Assembly: GCA_013265495.1 (NCBI GenBank) | Contig: MU058836.1 | Coordinates: forward strand, 310,001-374,000 | Reading direction: 5' to 3' | Length of the DNA stretch: 64,000 nucleotides | Origin: Vicugna vicugna | Lineage: Eukaryota | Made by a program: the position numbers and the translations under genes | Shown here: positions 11,618 to 25,844 of the stretch, piece by piece | Numbering within the stretch: the stretch's first letter is position 1 | How the letters are laid out: every line of letters begins with the position of its first letter | The notes under the pieces: model-generated | The model's input: only the letters and a program-made list of their open reading frames with translations | The model's database searches: none | What the model was told of the DNA's origin: nothing

Positions 11618-14600
11618 ACTGGATAAAGGGGTTTGACAGATACTTAGATCAGACAACTGCATATTTCATATTAGACATTGCCAGTCTTTGAAAGTCCTTT
11701 CAAACCACCCCACCTCTAGGAGAGTTCCTTTTGTGACATATGCCCCCCAGGACACCTAAATTCCCACCCGCTCCTGGCTCCTTTTTCCTCTCACTCCTCC
11801 TACCTTCCTCCCAGGTTTCTCCTGGAAATCCAAACTCCTCTCCCTCTGCCATTCAGGACAAGCCAGGTCTCCTGAGTTCTCCCTTCTCAACCTGCACCGT
11901 CAAACTCAGCAAGGCTCTCAGCCTTCCATTTGACAGAAACTACCCTCTTCAACAGTCAATGGTGGTTATTTTTAAAAGCACTTTTTCTGTTTCATACAAA
12001 CTTTTAAAATGTTTCTTTTCTCTCTTCCTTGATGTTATGTATAGCCCTTTCAGATACGAATGTAGAACAGCTTTAAGGCAATGCCGATTCAATTCCTTCA
12101 CTCAGTCACACTCACCATTAGACGCGTCTTGAGATCTGTGACAGGCAAGGTAAGAGACAAAAAAGATCCCGCCCCTGACCTCCAGATGTTTACCTTCGAG
12201 TTGAAGACCCATGGTAACTGCACATAGAACATCTCGAACACCTCCCAAGCTGTTACTGGCATGGTAGCCTTTGTGAAGGCAACGTGAGTTCAGTGAAGAG
12301 CTAATGCAGTCAAGCAAGGACTTGAGAAAGGACTAAATGGATGTGCAGGGTTCAAAAGATAAACAGGATGGGGAGCTTCCAACAGGCAGTGGAGAGAGTG
12401 TAAGTGATAGCATGTAAGTCAAGACAAGCTGGTGGAAGCCACCCTGGCGTGCGCTAGTGACATTTCATCTCATTCTCCAGCGCCTTTCTAGTGCGCCATG
12501 CCGAGAGCCAGAGAGCGATACAGAAGCAAAAAATGTATCAGACCCAGTGTTTTTTTTTACCTCAAGCCCCAGATAATTTTTCATACCCCAGAAGTTCTCA
12601 AATGGTGACTCCACAAAACAAGTTTATTATGAGTTGAACTGATGGGTTCTGTGTCTAAAATCTAATCATTTCCTAATTCTTGAGGATAAATAAATATTAA
12701 TGGATAACATTTTGTTCCTTTTTGAGGTTTTCTTCTCTACATTTTTTTTAATCCTTTCACTCAAGTTTCCAAATGTTAACAACAAAATAACAAATTTCAA
12801 GTAAAGGAGAGATAGTCTGCACTCAGTTTTTCTGTTTCTTTGTTGGTTCTTTCATGAACAAGTACTCCAGGAGGGAGGAACTCAGGCTTTGGAGCCATTC
12901 TGCCTGGGTTCCCAATGCTGCCTCATCACTTAGGAACTATTAAGTTCTTCCTTGGAAAAAGTTGGATGAAAATCCCTGTTCTGAAGCCAAGAAGGCATCC
13001 AGAACTCCTTAACTGTTCTGGGGGATACAGGATTAGGGGAGAAGCCCTAGAGGAAAGGTTAAGATTTTCTACTATTGTTGCTGTTTGGGGGTTTCGTTAC
13101 GAATATGTTACAGACAGGGGTGCAATTACGTAGTTAGGTAGTTCTCAAATGGAATATATCTCAGCTTTGGAATCACGGTCAGAGCTTCCTTCTATGGCTT
13201 CAAATCCTGCCACTACTAATAAGACGAGTTCTTATTAAAACAGAGAAAACTGAACAGGATGCCTTGCAATCCCTTTTTAAGATTCTCTTAGTAAGCGAAT
13301 TAATCCTGACATCACCCTGAAACTGAGTTCACTCTGTGCTTAGATGGTTACTCTGGCCTCTGCTGAAGGGTCCTTCTCAATCACACTTCTTCTCGGAACG
13401 CATGAGCTAGGATGCTTTCATTCCATCCTCCACCGACTAGACGGTAAGGCGTCTCATAGTTTCACCTTTACCTAAGGCGAGGATGTAAAATCAAATACCA
13501 AATTATGAAAGCAGCACTTCTCTTCTAATCACTAGGCATTGGTTGGAGATTGACACTTTACAAATACAGTCAACACCCTCCTGCGAGCATTGGTGTCTGC
13601 ATCACAGAGGTACCTCTTTGGCCTCAAGACGGCAGATTTTGGAATTTATGAATGTATATATTTCAAGATTCTCCTGTTTGCAAGGACCACAGTAAGCCAA
13701 ATCCTGTGAGATCTCACTGAATAGAAACAGTGTGGTCATTTTTAATGGCCCAGGGAAAAGTCTCTACGACATCAACAAGGCTGCATGATTAAGTATCTCA
13801 GAAATCAAGGGCATAGCTTCCACAAGAAGTCGTTTCTTTAAAGCGGAGACAAAAATCTTTATTTTTTTTTTTTGGACAAAAATCTTTAAATAACTGACTT
13901 ACCAGATCAAGAAAAGTACTGGGACCAGAATCTCCGTAGTCAGTTTCAGATACAACAAACCCAACCAAGCTGCAGAGACTCAGATGAAAACTCTGCTTGC
14001 AAATTCAGCCATGGGAAGTGCAAGTTCTCCAAAAGAAAGGATAACGTTAGTTGTGCATGCTCTTCAGAATCCATTAGGCTGGAATCCAGGAACGTGGTTA
14101 GCAGTGCCCATAACCTGTCATCAAGAGTTCTTGCTTATTAAAATACAGTAAATGCCAAGGATTGGAGCATATTCAGGGAATATAGGTCAAGTTGTTTTTG
14201 ATAAATACTGAAAAATAGTGGTTACTAAATCTGAAGGCTTCCTATCAGGCATTTGCTCAAAAATACTATCTCCAACCCTCATAATCACTTTGCAAAGTGA
14301 GTGTCATTATCCTCATTTTATAAATGAAACAAGTAAGGGTCAGGAGCGTTGGGGCATCTTCAGAAGGGCTGAGACGCAGCACCTGACGGAGCCAGGAGAA
14401 CCCAGGGGTGCTCCGCACCAAGCCATGCTGGCTCCCCCGCATTCTGAACTGCTTCCCCAACGTTTGTAAGGTGGCTTTCTGTACCGTCATTGCCTCCTTG
14501 GCTCTCGTCAACAGTTCTCTGGTGTGGGTGTTACTATCCTTGTTTTAAAGAGAAGGAAACAGGTTCAAGAAAATAAGTGACAGCTGAATGTCACCCAGGG

Positions 14601-14959
14601 AGAAAGTGGTGATTCTCTTCCGATGGTACCACCGTGCACCTGCTCTAGAATTCGCAGCAGAACTCCAGCACCAACCAGGAGAGTAAGCCTCAAATTGAAC
14701 TGAGTTGTGGTAGATCCTTAATCAGACACATTCCATTTAACTTTTTTCAAAGTCTGTTGCCATGGTTGTTAAGACCAGCATGCATTCCTTGAGATTACAA
14801 CAATCTCACAGCTGACGATGCTGGAAATTGCATTGTGAGGTACCATTGCAAGGGGAGTGAAACCCAAAAAAGAAAGGAAATTTAGCTTATAGCGATAAGC
14901 TTCAATGCCCAAGGCCACTGTTCCATTTGGAATTGTATTTAAATATTTTTACCAACCCT

Positions 14960-14970
14960 TGCTGCTGCTG

Positions 14971-15061
<91 letters not shown>
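14960..15061. repeat. Compound trinucleotide microsatellite (TGC)n(TAC)n(TAT)n
   Basis: Directly visible, about 100 bp, in register. Confidence 0.98.
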
Positions 15062-15062
<1 letters not shown>

Positions 15063-15192
15063 GAAGTGAATGGTCTTTATAGGAAGAAATTTTAAATATA
15101 AAAATGTAGAAAGAAGATGGGGGAAACACACAGTTCCAACATCCCAAGTCAATTATAACTATCAGTTTAAGGGGATTTTTTTGCTCTTTTTA

Positions 15193-15236
15193 ATATATAT
15201 ATCCATTATATATATATGTATATATATATATATATA
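15193..15236. repeat. Imperfect (TA)n microsatellite
   Basis: Directly visible. Confidence 0.9.
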
Positions 15237-17664
15237 GTTTTACATATCTTTTATAAATGTGTCATTATACTGGATATATAACTTTACATCTTATACTGAA
15301 CATTATAATATGGGCATGACCAGTACCAGGTTTAATGGCTGCTTAATTACCCATTAAGCATGGTTATCATGATTTTACATACTATTTTTCTCAACAGAAT
15401 AGTCCTTTCAGCTTTTACCAATTGCTCTCTATTATAAAGAACATTGCAGTGGGCATCTTTATGCATAAAGTCATCATTTTTTCAATATGTAGGCTTATTT
15501 CATTGGCTGGATACTCAGAAATGGGACTAATGGTTGTTTTTAAATCTCTCGGTAGATATTGTCAAATTATTTTTCTAAGTATGTGCCTTTCCCACTTGCA
15601 GTATCATTCATATTCTTTGACTATCCCAATTTCAACAAGTTGACAGAAAACTTCCCAAAGTATTCTCTGGAAAACTGTAGGGGCCTGTGTCATTCGTTCT
15701 GAATTTAGCCATCACGTCAGTTCATTTCTCAGGCTAGAAATCATCTTTGGCTCCAAAGGAGAAAAACTGAAGATTTTTCAACAGATAATCGGTGTCCTCA
15801 AACTTGCACTGCCCTTTGAGCCATGCCCTTTGCTTCATTATTGCCTAACATTTGGGCACCGTGGAGAGAGCAGCTAAACACAGACCCTTACGCAGCACGC
15901 GTATGCAGTTTCTTTGGACAGTCTGGTCTGGATGTTCGTGCTGGTGGTGGAGACTTTGCAAAGCCTAGCCTTGCCCAAGTTGGTCAACAACTGATCATCC
16001 ATGAAGCAACCATCCCTTGGGACAGGTCATTTCAGGTTCCACGCCTTCCCTCTGGAAACTCTTTTCCCCATAAAAATTTTCCAATGTCAGGACAGCTTAG
16101 AGGAAATATACCTTAAAAGAGATGAAGCGAGGGCTTCACTGAATGTTTTAAAAAGAGGGTTGATGCAGATATCTGCCCGGAGATAGAGAACTTTATTCAC
16201 CAGAATCCTGCTCTGGGCTGGAGAGCCTGAGGAGTATTCCCAGCAGCAGAAAAAAAGAGGAGCATCGTCTGGACTGGGAAAGGAAAGAAAGGGGCGGGGA
16301 ACACAGGGCGAGGGCCAGAGACTGAGAGAGAACCAGTGGCTGAATTGGAAATAGGAAGAGGAGAACTTTTTACATCTTTGGACAGATGGATGAATGAAGA
16401 AAACACTGAATATATCTTGCTGAATAAGATGAGGTGTAAGGCCCTGGAGTAGTCGTTTAAGGAAAGATAATAAAGATCTACATCAGTTTCCAGTCTTTAG
16501 AGCTAAATTTACAGTGGTTTGGGGTGGAGGTGGTGGCCATGAGTCGTACGTATTGGGCTGTTTTATGTGTCACCTGGAAGGAGCAGGTCTCCAGGTGACT
16601 CACCTGTATTTAAGTTATATGACTCTTTCCCAAGGAAACCACTCTGAACTGAGACTTCACCAGAGTTCATTTACTTTATATGTCGATGGGCTCCCATCAA
16701 CATTCACCTCTCTCATCCCATCGCCAGCCCCCCAGGTTATGAATTTCATTTATGAAACCTATAATCTCTCTTTTGCTCTCCCGATATTGACCTAAGCCCT
16801 GACCACAGCTGCCAACCATTTTTGCTCTTTCCCCGTTTTTGCTCTTCCTCATACAGACTTTGCTCTCCTATCTCCCCTACATGCTCTCGCATGGCATTGC
16901 CCCTCTGCCCCTGCCTGACTGCTTGTATTTGGCTCTGTAGTTTTGGTTTGTCCCAGGCAGCTAGCAACAGTGTACGCAGCAGAGATAGCACACCAATCGC
17001 ACAAACACGGGAAGATAAACTCATGAAAAGCATTCTGGTTGCCATGTATGATTCTGACAAACTATAAATCAGAGGGAGAAATCTAGAAATCAGGTTGGAA
17101 CTTCAAGATCATCTTCTTAAGCTCTTACATCCATACTCTATCTACCACTCAATAGGAGTAGCCATATCTTATTTGAAGCTTAGTTTCCAGTATTAGTCTT
17201 AGGTGAAAATTCAATATTGAAAAAAAAAACTGAAAAACAAAAAATTACTCTTAAAAATTCCTTAAATCATCCATAAAGTTTTATATAATGTAATTCTTCA
17301 ACAATTGAGAAGCCAAAAGAACACCCAGTTTTTCTTCTAGGATTAGCATGGATCACCAATATTTCAGCTGAGCCCCAAAGAAAATCATTATCATATGTTT
17401 TGAGGCCAGACTATATTAAAAAATATATAAACTGCATCTTAAACGCTTGACATAGAATCAGCATAGCAAGACGCTCTCGCTAGAAGAGGCACATGGCAAC
17501 TCGGAGAGATGTCAGAACACCAGAATCATAGCTTTCAACTCACACGCACTCTGAGGTATAAGCTCACTGAGTGGAAATATATGCAGAAATACCTACACAT
17601 CAGAATAGTCATGACTCATCTCCTCCTAGACTAAAGCAAGGGTATTAAACCTTCTTGGAATAGT

Positions 17665-19100
17665 CACTCATTCATTTATTCCAGAAGCACACAGCATATG
17701 CCTACTCTGTACCGAATATCATGTTGGATACTAGAGCAGTCAACAGAAGAACAAGATGTCTTCTTGATTCTCTACGAGCTCATTGTCTGATGAGAGAGAG
17801 ACAGACACTTGAGCCAATATTGATGATAAATTGATAAATTTTTATCATAATCGACCATTTATCAATTCTGATAAAAATAGAAGTATGAATTTGTGGGAAC
17901 AAAGTGGGAGGCCTGGTGATAATCAGAGCAGCTTCAGAGAAGAGGTTCATTGATGATAAATTTACACTTCTCAGTGCGAAAAGGGGGCTGGTAGTTCCTA
18001 CTCTAAAGGTAAAGAATATACAATTCATATCATGATTTCTCCAAAAACAAAGGTCGCAGTCTTTCTAGTAGTTCATTCTTTCATACATTCAATCACTTAA
18101 TTTTTTAAGCACTATGCTGTAGAGATCAGCGTTTGGGCTCTGGAGTCCCTCGACCTGGATACCCTGTGTAAATCTGGCAATTAACCAAGCTCTTTAAATT
18201 TCAATTTACCTCCTCTTTAAAATGTGACTAGTACCCACATCTTTGGATTTTCAAAAAATTAACTGAGATGATACATGCAAAGCACTTAGCATAGTGCCTG
18301 AATCAGAATAAATGGTCAATAAATACGCCTGTTACCAGTGACTATGCTGTTTTTAAAGATGACTAGGGGCTGTCTGGGATAAAGTAGAGGGAATTCCAAG
18401 CCAAGGGAAAAGCTTATGCAAACAAACACAATTAAGAAAGCATACCATGTGTTAAGGGAATAAGTTCGGTTTGATGATTGTGCAGCATGTGTGATTGAGG
18501 GGAGTGGCAAGTGATGAGACTGGAAAGATAAGTCGGGTCCAGATTGTGAAAGACCTTGTAAACCATATGAACGAGTCTGAACTTTATCCTGCTGCCAAGG
18601 AGGAGACAATGGAGATCATTGAGCAGGGAAGCAACATTATGGCTTTTTTTTTTTTTAGGATAAAAACTCTTGTAACATATAAGAGATTGAAGAGAGGAGA
18701 CTTGGAGGCAGGAATATCAGTGGGAAATATTTGTCATAATTCTGGCAAGAAAAATCCAAGGTAGTGGGAATGAGCGGTAAATAGAGTAGAGCTGGATTTG
18801 AGGAATATTTCTAAGGTAGGATTAACATAACATGATTGATCAAATGTAGGGAACAAGAGAAAAGAGTCTAGAATGACTCTGACTAGAATTGAGAAAGATG
18901 AGAAAACAGAGGCACAGTGATTGTGTTGGTCAGAAGTAATAATGTGTCTGTAAGACATGCTAGTGGAACTGTTGAACAGGCAGTTGAAAACTGGGTCTGG
19001 AGTTCATTGCAAAACCCTGAGCTAAAGATATAAATTTGGGAGACATCAGAGAATAGAAAGCAGTGAAAGCTCTGGGAACGATTCCAGGAAGAGGAGTTCA
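17665..19100 (-). mobile_element. L2 fragments with a nested MIR (18110-18320)
   Basis: TCATTCATTTATTC tail; CCAGATTGTGAAAGACCTTGTAAACCAT...GGAGGCAGGA...TAAATTTGGGAGACATCAG L2 motifs. Confidence 0.7.
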
Positions 19101-22049
19101 ACATGCTATCTTCTTAGTCTATTGCATTACTTGCCCTGGTATTCACTCTTCTGAAATGAAGTGAAGCATAATCTATGTCACATGGTCTCCAAAAACAAGG
19201 TCTTCAAGCCATCCTAGAGCTATTCAACTTTCACCACATTTTTGTTCCACAAAATGCTATCATGGTTAGGCCACCTCACTTTCTAATGCAGAGGAAGAGT
19301 CCAATGGTATTGAATTAACCAGAAGAGACACGTGTCTTGGAATTTTGAGGCTTTGTTACCTCTTGATGATGGACAGAAACCATGGCTTCTTACTACAAAT
19401 AATTTGCCTCAACTTTGCTCAGCTACAAAATGTTGGGAAAATGAAATTGCTTATTTTTCATGTTCAGAAATTAACTGCATGCACATTGACCAAAAAGCTC
19501 ATCTCTTTATTACAGAAATCAAGGGTCAAAAGCTTACTACCCCCTTACCTGTATCTTCCTCTTAAGACTTTGGGGGGAGATTCTTCTCTACAGAGCCTAA
19601 ACTCTTTATTGTGTCCCAGACTTATACAACTTTGTTGTATAAGTTGTATACAACTTCCTGAAGAGAAGAAAAAATCTTCAGGAAGAAGAAATCTTGATTG
19701 TAGAGGGTGTCTCTAAAAGACTTGTGATGATCCCAGCTCCACCTTAGAATCAGCCCTCGGCTGGTTATTTGAAGCAAATGAATGACCAAACCCTACCACT
19801 TTTTAAAATAGTTTACAATTAACCTTTGTTGAGTGTAAAGCATTTATGGGCAGGAGCTTTATTTGAGAACCATCATACCTCATTACCCTCAAGCTAAAGG
19901 TTGGGCAAAAAAGAGAGTACAGACTACCAAGGATGCCTGCAAGCTGACCAATGGACAAGAAGAACCAGGGTGGCTTGGTGGCTTCCTCATTGCTCAACAT
20001 ACTACATCTTGTTAACGATAGGAGCCAGTTGTATGAAATCACCAATGAAAACATGGAGTTAAAATTTAGAGACTCCGGGTTCACATTCCCAGCTCCTATC
20101 CTGAACAAGTCAATTAAATGTTTTGGTGGAGGTCAGTGTCTCTATTTGTAAAACACTGAAAACGGTACCACCTTAAGAGTATTTTTTAAAGCATTAACAG
20201 GATGGTAACTATGAAAACACCCCACATGGTGTCAGGTAAATAAAGACTTGCCCCAAATATCAATACTGAATCTGGATAAGAGCCTGGGATCTAAATTAGA
20301 ATGTGGTCTGCTTATATCAGATGTTGAGTCTTTGCTCCAGTGACTTAGTGCGATGGAACTATTGAGGTCACAGACCTTGGGTAGCATCAGATGGATGGTG
20401 TAGATGGCCCATCTTCATATCAACCATCAGCAAATACATTCCCATTTGGGTGACTAGAACATTTCAAGACCTTTAAGAAGTATTTTCTCTTCTGACTCTA
20501 AACTACAGTTGTCTTAACATGTATTATAATATAGTATGCGTTATCAATATCTTGCATGTCATAAACCTATTTCTAGTCCTTAGAAAGTAGACTATGTCTC
20601 TTTCCTGCTCCAGTATAAAATTTTGTTGGAGGAAAATTCCGAAGAAGTTCCACTGAGTATAAAGAAATGGAGAGAGCAAACTTGTCAAGCAAACCAGCTT
20701 GTAATAGGTCAAAAGACGTTTGAGGGAAGTTGCCAAGATAAACAGCATAGGTTCAAAGGGAAAAAAAAAAAACACACTTATAGCATTGTAGCAATAAGGA
20801 CTATCGAGCTCAATCTCATAGCCCAGTCCATGTCACTCTCCTTGTGTATTATAATGAAATCAGCATATGTTTAACAGATACTCACCAATGGGAAGTTGAC
20901 TTCTGGGGCCTGTCCACCATTCACCCTACAGCTTGCTACTGATACAAAGAAAGATTAATGCACCTGTTCATATAGACCCAGTGGACGAGGTTTGAGATTG
21001 CATCTTATTCATGACCAAATTCTCTCCAGCCAACCACACCACTTCCTGGAACCATCTGTGAGAAGCTGTGGACTTTGTCATCCTGGGCCATTTATCCAGG
21101 CATGATGTTTAATTAGCGCACACAAAGTTGATGTGAGAGGCTTGGCAGCTCATCCCCTCACCCCTGTTGGGTTCACTGCCTCATTAGAAAAGCCCTGGAT
21201 GGCTGACCAGCCAGACAAAACTAACAAGCACATTTTTCCAACCACCCACGACATCAGTTACTAACATTTCATAAAGATTCAAAGTTTAAAACGTGCTTTT
21301 AGGTATGCAGTGTTCTCCACTGCAGCATCATTGACCGAGTACCAGACCTTGGCTTTGGAAGTCCCAAGTCTAAATTCCAATTCTGCCATTAGGTGACATT
21401 GGGAAAAGTATTCTGTCCTCTTCATGTCTCAGTTTTCTCCTCCGCAAAATTCCTGCATGGGAGGGAGTTGTTTGCATTAACTGAGATAATACATGTGGAA
21501 ATAAATATGCCTTTGCCGGCATCCAGTATTTATTGTTGTAACCCTATCTACTGCCTTCCAACCTCTCCATCCACTGAACTTAAATGGTCTACTGTACATC
21601 TGAAGAGATGGACCCCAGACTGACCTCTGTGTTGATTTGACAGCTGATGACTCTAGAGGTTAACTGAGAAGTCTAGAACAGGAGATTCTGGTGGGAAAAC
21701 GGAGTGGAAGAGGGTGGCAGGTAGATTTACATGTCTTCACAGAAGACCTCACTGGCAATGCAGACTGCCTAGAAATTATTTGCTAGCTAAACAAGATTCT
21801 TGTTGGTTGCTGAAGCAACACGGTTATGCTGTGTCCATGTGACCAAAGGAAAAACACTTTGGACAGAACACAGGAGACTGTCTAAAGTTTGACTCTAGAA
21901 TAGAGATCTTGCCTCCTGCCTCCTTTCTTTCCCCATGTTCCGTTTCCAAACTCCACAGCTGAGTCCTGAGCTCCCTCAAGAAAAGGGCGATGGCACTCCT
22001 ACAGGAGCTATATTTAAAGGAAAGCAGTGATTATCTCTCCTACCTTTCA

Positions 22050-22800
22050 CAGTCAAATAAATATTTACTAAGTAAGGACACACAGCATACATTAAAATTA
22101 ATGCTTCGCACAGCTTTGGAAATGTCTGTCATATCTGTCAATGTTTCAATAGCTCCATGCCCGTGAATGGCTCTGCTGTCTCTCTGTGAGAGCTGCCATC
22201 TTCCCGGAGATGCTCAGCAGGAGAGCGGGGCTGATTACACACTGAGAGCCGGAGGATGGGCAGCTAAGCAGAGGAAAGCTCTCGGGAGAGAGGACGGGCT
22301 TATAAAGTTTATGTTCAGTGAGGTCTGTGGCTGTGCTCCAGTATTTCGGGAGAATAATTTGATGGTGATTTCAAATAAAGAAAAGGAGTTGCGCCTAATA
22401 GGGACATCTGTGTTTATAGACTATTAACAAAAGAACGCTGGAGAAAACTGACAATCATCTTCCCTTGGTTAAATAGCCTATGCAGAGCTACGCCTTCTGG
22501 ATGTCAAGTTGTCACCAGCCCAACGGTTTCAGAAGGGACAGTTTGCACTCAAAAGATATTGACGCACACGTCTCCCCAAGTGTCATTTCACCCAACGCCT
22601 GTGCAGTGCGGAGATATGTGGACTCGGGTAATTTTATTTTAGCGTTTTCCCCTCCTCTAGGAACAGTGTCAACTCCTGACACTAATCTGGCTGCTGAAAT
22701 GATGGCTTCCAGTTTCATTAATGGTATATTTATGATCCCTTTCAAATGCCAGTGATCTGCTCTTCTTGGAAATATACACACAATCATTAAGAAAGCCACG
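22050..22800. promoter_or_regulatory. Candidate conserved non-coding element/enhancer
   Basis: About 750 bp with no repeat that I recognise. Contains paired CTGTCA (TALE/MEIS-type) sites in TCTGTCATATCTGTCA, several TAAT/ATTA and TTTATA homeodomain-type cores, and retained CpGs. Confidence 0.35.
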
Positions 22801-23399
22801 GTTTTCAGCCATCACTCTTTCCATGGGCACCTCGGGTCCTACTGTGGCTTCTTCCCAGAAGATGGAAGGAAATTTGACCAGCTGTCTGGGGACAGTGAGG
22901 GAAATAGGTCTGGAGAGCTGTAGAAAAGGAGACGCGAAGAGGTGAAGTGGGAAATAGTAAACAGAGAGGTACGTGTTACATAGCTGACCACATTTTCCCC
23001 AGGATTCAGAAATGAATTAGCGACATTCCTGAATGTGCTGGAATGCCTTGCTTCATTCCAGCTGCGTTTTCTCTGTGACTCATACATTAGGGTCTCATCT
23101 CTTCAGCTCTAATATGTGAGTGGTCCGATTTAACATCAGTGGGTTTTTTGGGGTTTTTTTCTTAGAAACATACACTTCTTTTTTGTGAGGAAGCAAGCCA
23201 GTCCTCTACCAATATGTGTATCAATAGCTCTGCTTCCCTGTAGGAGATATTTCACATCATAAAAAACGGTCTTGGAAATTATTTCAGGAGTTCTATCTCT
23301 AACACTTTTGATGTCACCTGAGTGCTTGAAACATTTTTATTATTTCAGTATACATTGCAAAGAAACTTGCATGCATAATCCCAACAGTCGAATGAACCT

Positions 23400-23850
23400 T
23401 AGTTTGGGTTTCTCCAAAAACAAAACCTGAGGCGAGGATTCTTGCAGGGAAGACTTCTTAAATAAGTGTTCTCAGGAGGAACTGGTAAGGGCGGGGAAAT
23501 CGGGACAGCACAGAAAGAGAAGCCAAGCATGGTGTAAGCTCAGGTGAACTTTCAGCCTTGCTCTGCATCTGCAGGGAACTCTGGAGGAGAAATAACGCTG
23601 CCGTTTTTCCCACGTTGAGGCAAGGGAGCTGGAATTTCATACTCCTGATCCACCAAACCACTAGCCCCAGGATGCCCCTGAGGAATGTAAATTATCAAGC
23701 ACTTCTGGCTCTTGGAAGGTCTGGGCACAGAGTGTCCAATGGCCCAAGGGTTAGTCCTCTCAAGAAGGTTGATGGTATGAACTGTTAGCAGCAAAACATA
23801 CAGAAGCTCGGGGATGGTGTCCAAGGGCACCTGTGTGGAGCATCCACTAT
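23400..23850. mobile_element. ERVL LTR (LTR16-like)
   Basis: TGGGTTTCTCCAAAAACAAAACCTGAGGCGAGGATT start; similar to the element at 48.57 kb. Confidence 0.55.
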
Positions 23851-24689
23851 GACATACGACCAGAGGATCCTTTATTCTCAAAGCAAGTCATGTAGCGCCC
23901 ACAACGTGGCAGGTACTAGGCCAAGTGCCGGACTTCTAGAAATAAACAAGAAATGATTTCCTGAAAAAATTCGACAGCTATGCGACATATATTATTCGAC
24001 ATATAAAGAGGTCGCCGACTAGAACGTGTTTGGTGCTTTCAAGGACAGAAGAGCTATGGAATCACAGTGAATACGTGCATAACAGTCAGGGGGATGTTGG
24101 ACAAAACTTTAGAGAGGACATAATTTTAAGCATCGGACACTTCCCAACAAGTCCAAGAACTCGAAACCATTGCCGAGGGATAGAGTTCTACACACTCAGC
24201 TTAGCTGAGCTCTGCTCTCACCAGATTATTGCTGTTGTGTGTTTCTTTTTTTTTCCTGAAACCTTCATTAAATATTCACTCAGAAAACATTTACTGAGAA
24301 CTTGACACGTTCTAGGAACAACAGTAAGCACTGAGGAGACAAAAAGAAGAGCCCCCGCCCCCAGAGGAGCTCACATCCCGAGCGCATTGCCTCCTATCAC
24401 GCAAGTTCAGACTTTCCATCTGAAAAATGAGGTTTACAAACCTCTGATACCTGTCCAAACCCAAAAATGCTACATGAAAAATAGAAGCTCAGTAGAAGGA
24501 CTTCAAATAATTAAGGGCTCAGCAGCCCCCAGGGGAAAAAAAAAAACTAACAAGCAATTTTTCTTTCTCTCATTGTTGTGGAAGATGTGGTACAAGTTTG
24601 CCACAGACTTTATCTCACCTCTTAGAATGAGTGACCATTGTCCCCAGTGAAATATCCAAAATGTCTGAATATACAGCCAACAAATCAAA

Positions 24690-24998
24690 GTAAAAAGTAA
24701 ATGAATAAACTGATCCACAGACGGAATAAACAAACTGATGGTTACCAGAGGGAAGGCGGTAGGAAGGGATAAATTGGTAGATTTGCAAATATTAATTACT
24801 ATATACAAAATAGATTAAAAAAACAAATTTTTCTGTATAGCACAAGGAACTATATTCAATATCTCGTAGTAACCTTTAATGAAAAAGAATATGAAAATGA
24901 ATGTGTGTGTATATATATATATGACTGAAACATTATGCTATATACCACAAATTGACATATTGTAACTGACTATAGTTCAATTTTTTAAAAAATAAATG
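24690..24998 (+). mobile_element. L1 3' fragment (camelid/cetartiodactyl-type)
   Basis: ATGGTTACCAGAGGGAAGG...TGTATAGCACAAGGAACTATATTCAATATC...TGTAACTGACTATA plus tail. Confidence 0.9.
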
Positions 24999-25844
24999 AA
25001 TCTTAAGGGAACTATCTTAATCCCTGAGACACTACCACAGGGGTCCAGTGAAAGCACATGTAAGAAAGCATCAGAATGAAGGATGATGACACCCAGGGTC
25101 CAGATCTGAACATGACTGTCAACAGAAAATGAAGAAGGAAAGTAAATAATGTGCAGGGAAATCAAGCCCTAAGTGATTCTTGCCTCATGCTGTCTGCTCT
25201 AATCTGCCAACTGCAATGCCCTAGGTCTTGCTTGCCCAAACTTCCTCTGACAGCCAGGTTCTACCCCTTTAATGAAATAATCTCAACCCTTCTCTTAATT
25301 CTAACCATCCTTGTGTCTACCCTACTCATTGAGCTCTGTGCTCTGGACTTATTTCTTAACTGTCTCATATCCCCAACAAGGATGTAAATTTCTTGAAGGT
25401 AGACAATTCTTTCTCTTCTTTGAATCTCTCCAAGCTGAGTGCAAGGCAAAGAGAAGAAGTCCCAATTCAGGCTTGTTAGTGGAGGGCTAGCCAGAGTGTC
25501 CTCAGACGCTGAGTGTGCCCTCAAATTCTGAAGGACAAAGCAAAATCTGGGTGCAGGAAGAGGTTACTCACTGGCAACAATGCAGGTGAGTCACCAAATT
25601 TAGCAAGATCAGCACAGAAATGAAACAGAGAGCTGGCTAAGATCAGGACCTGACTTCAGTGAAAGAACCCTAAGCGAAGGGTTGACAAAGAGCAAGCAGC
25701 AAGAATCGATGTGAGGAATAAGTCCAGATCAGAGCTGGTAGGGGCTGAAAGGCAAGAAATTAGAGAAATTAATTTTGAAAGTTAAGTCTGGGTTACACTA
25801 TAGAGACAACGCTCTGCTGAGATTGGCCTCTTTCAAAACCAAAT

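Noticed and set aside
14949..15152. ORF with poly-Asn/poly-Ser
   Set aside because: Translation of a microsatellite.
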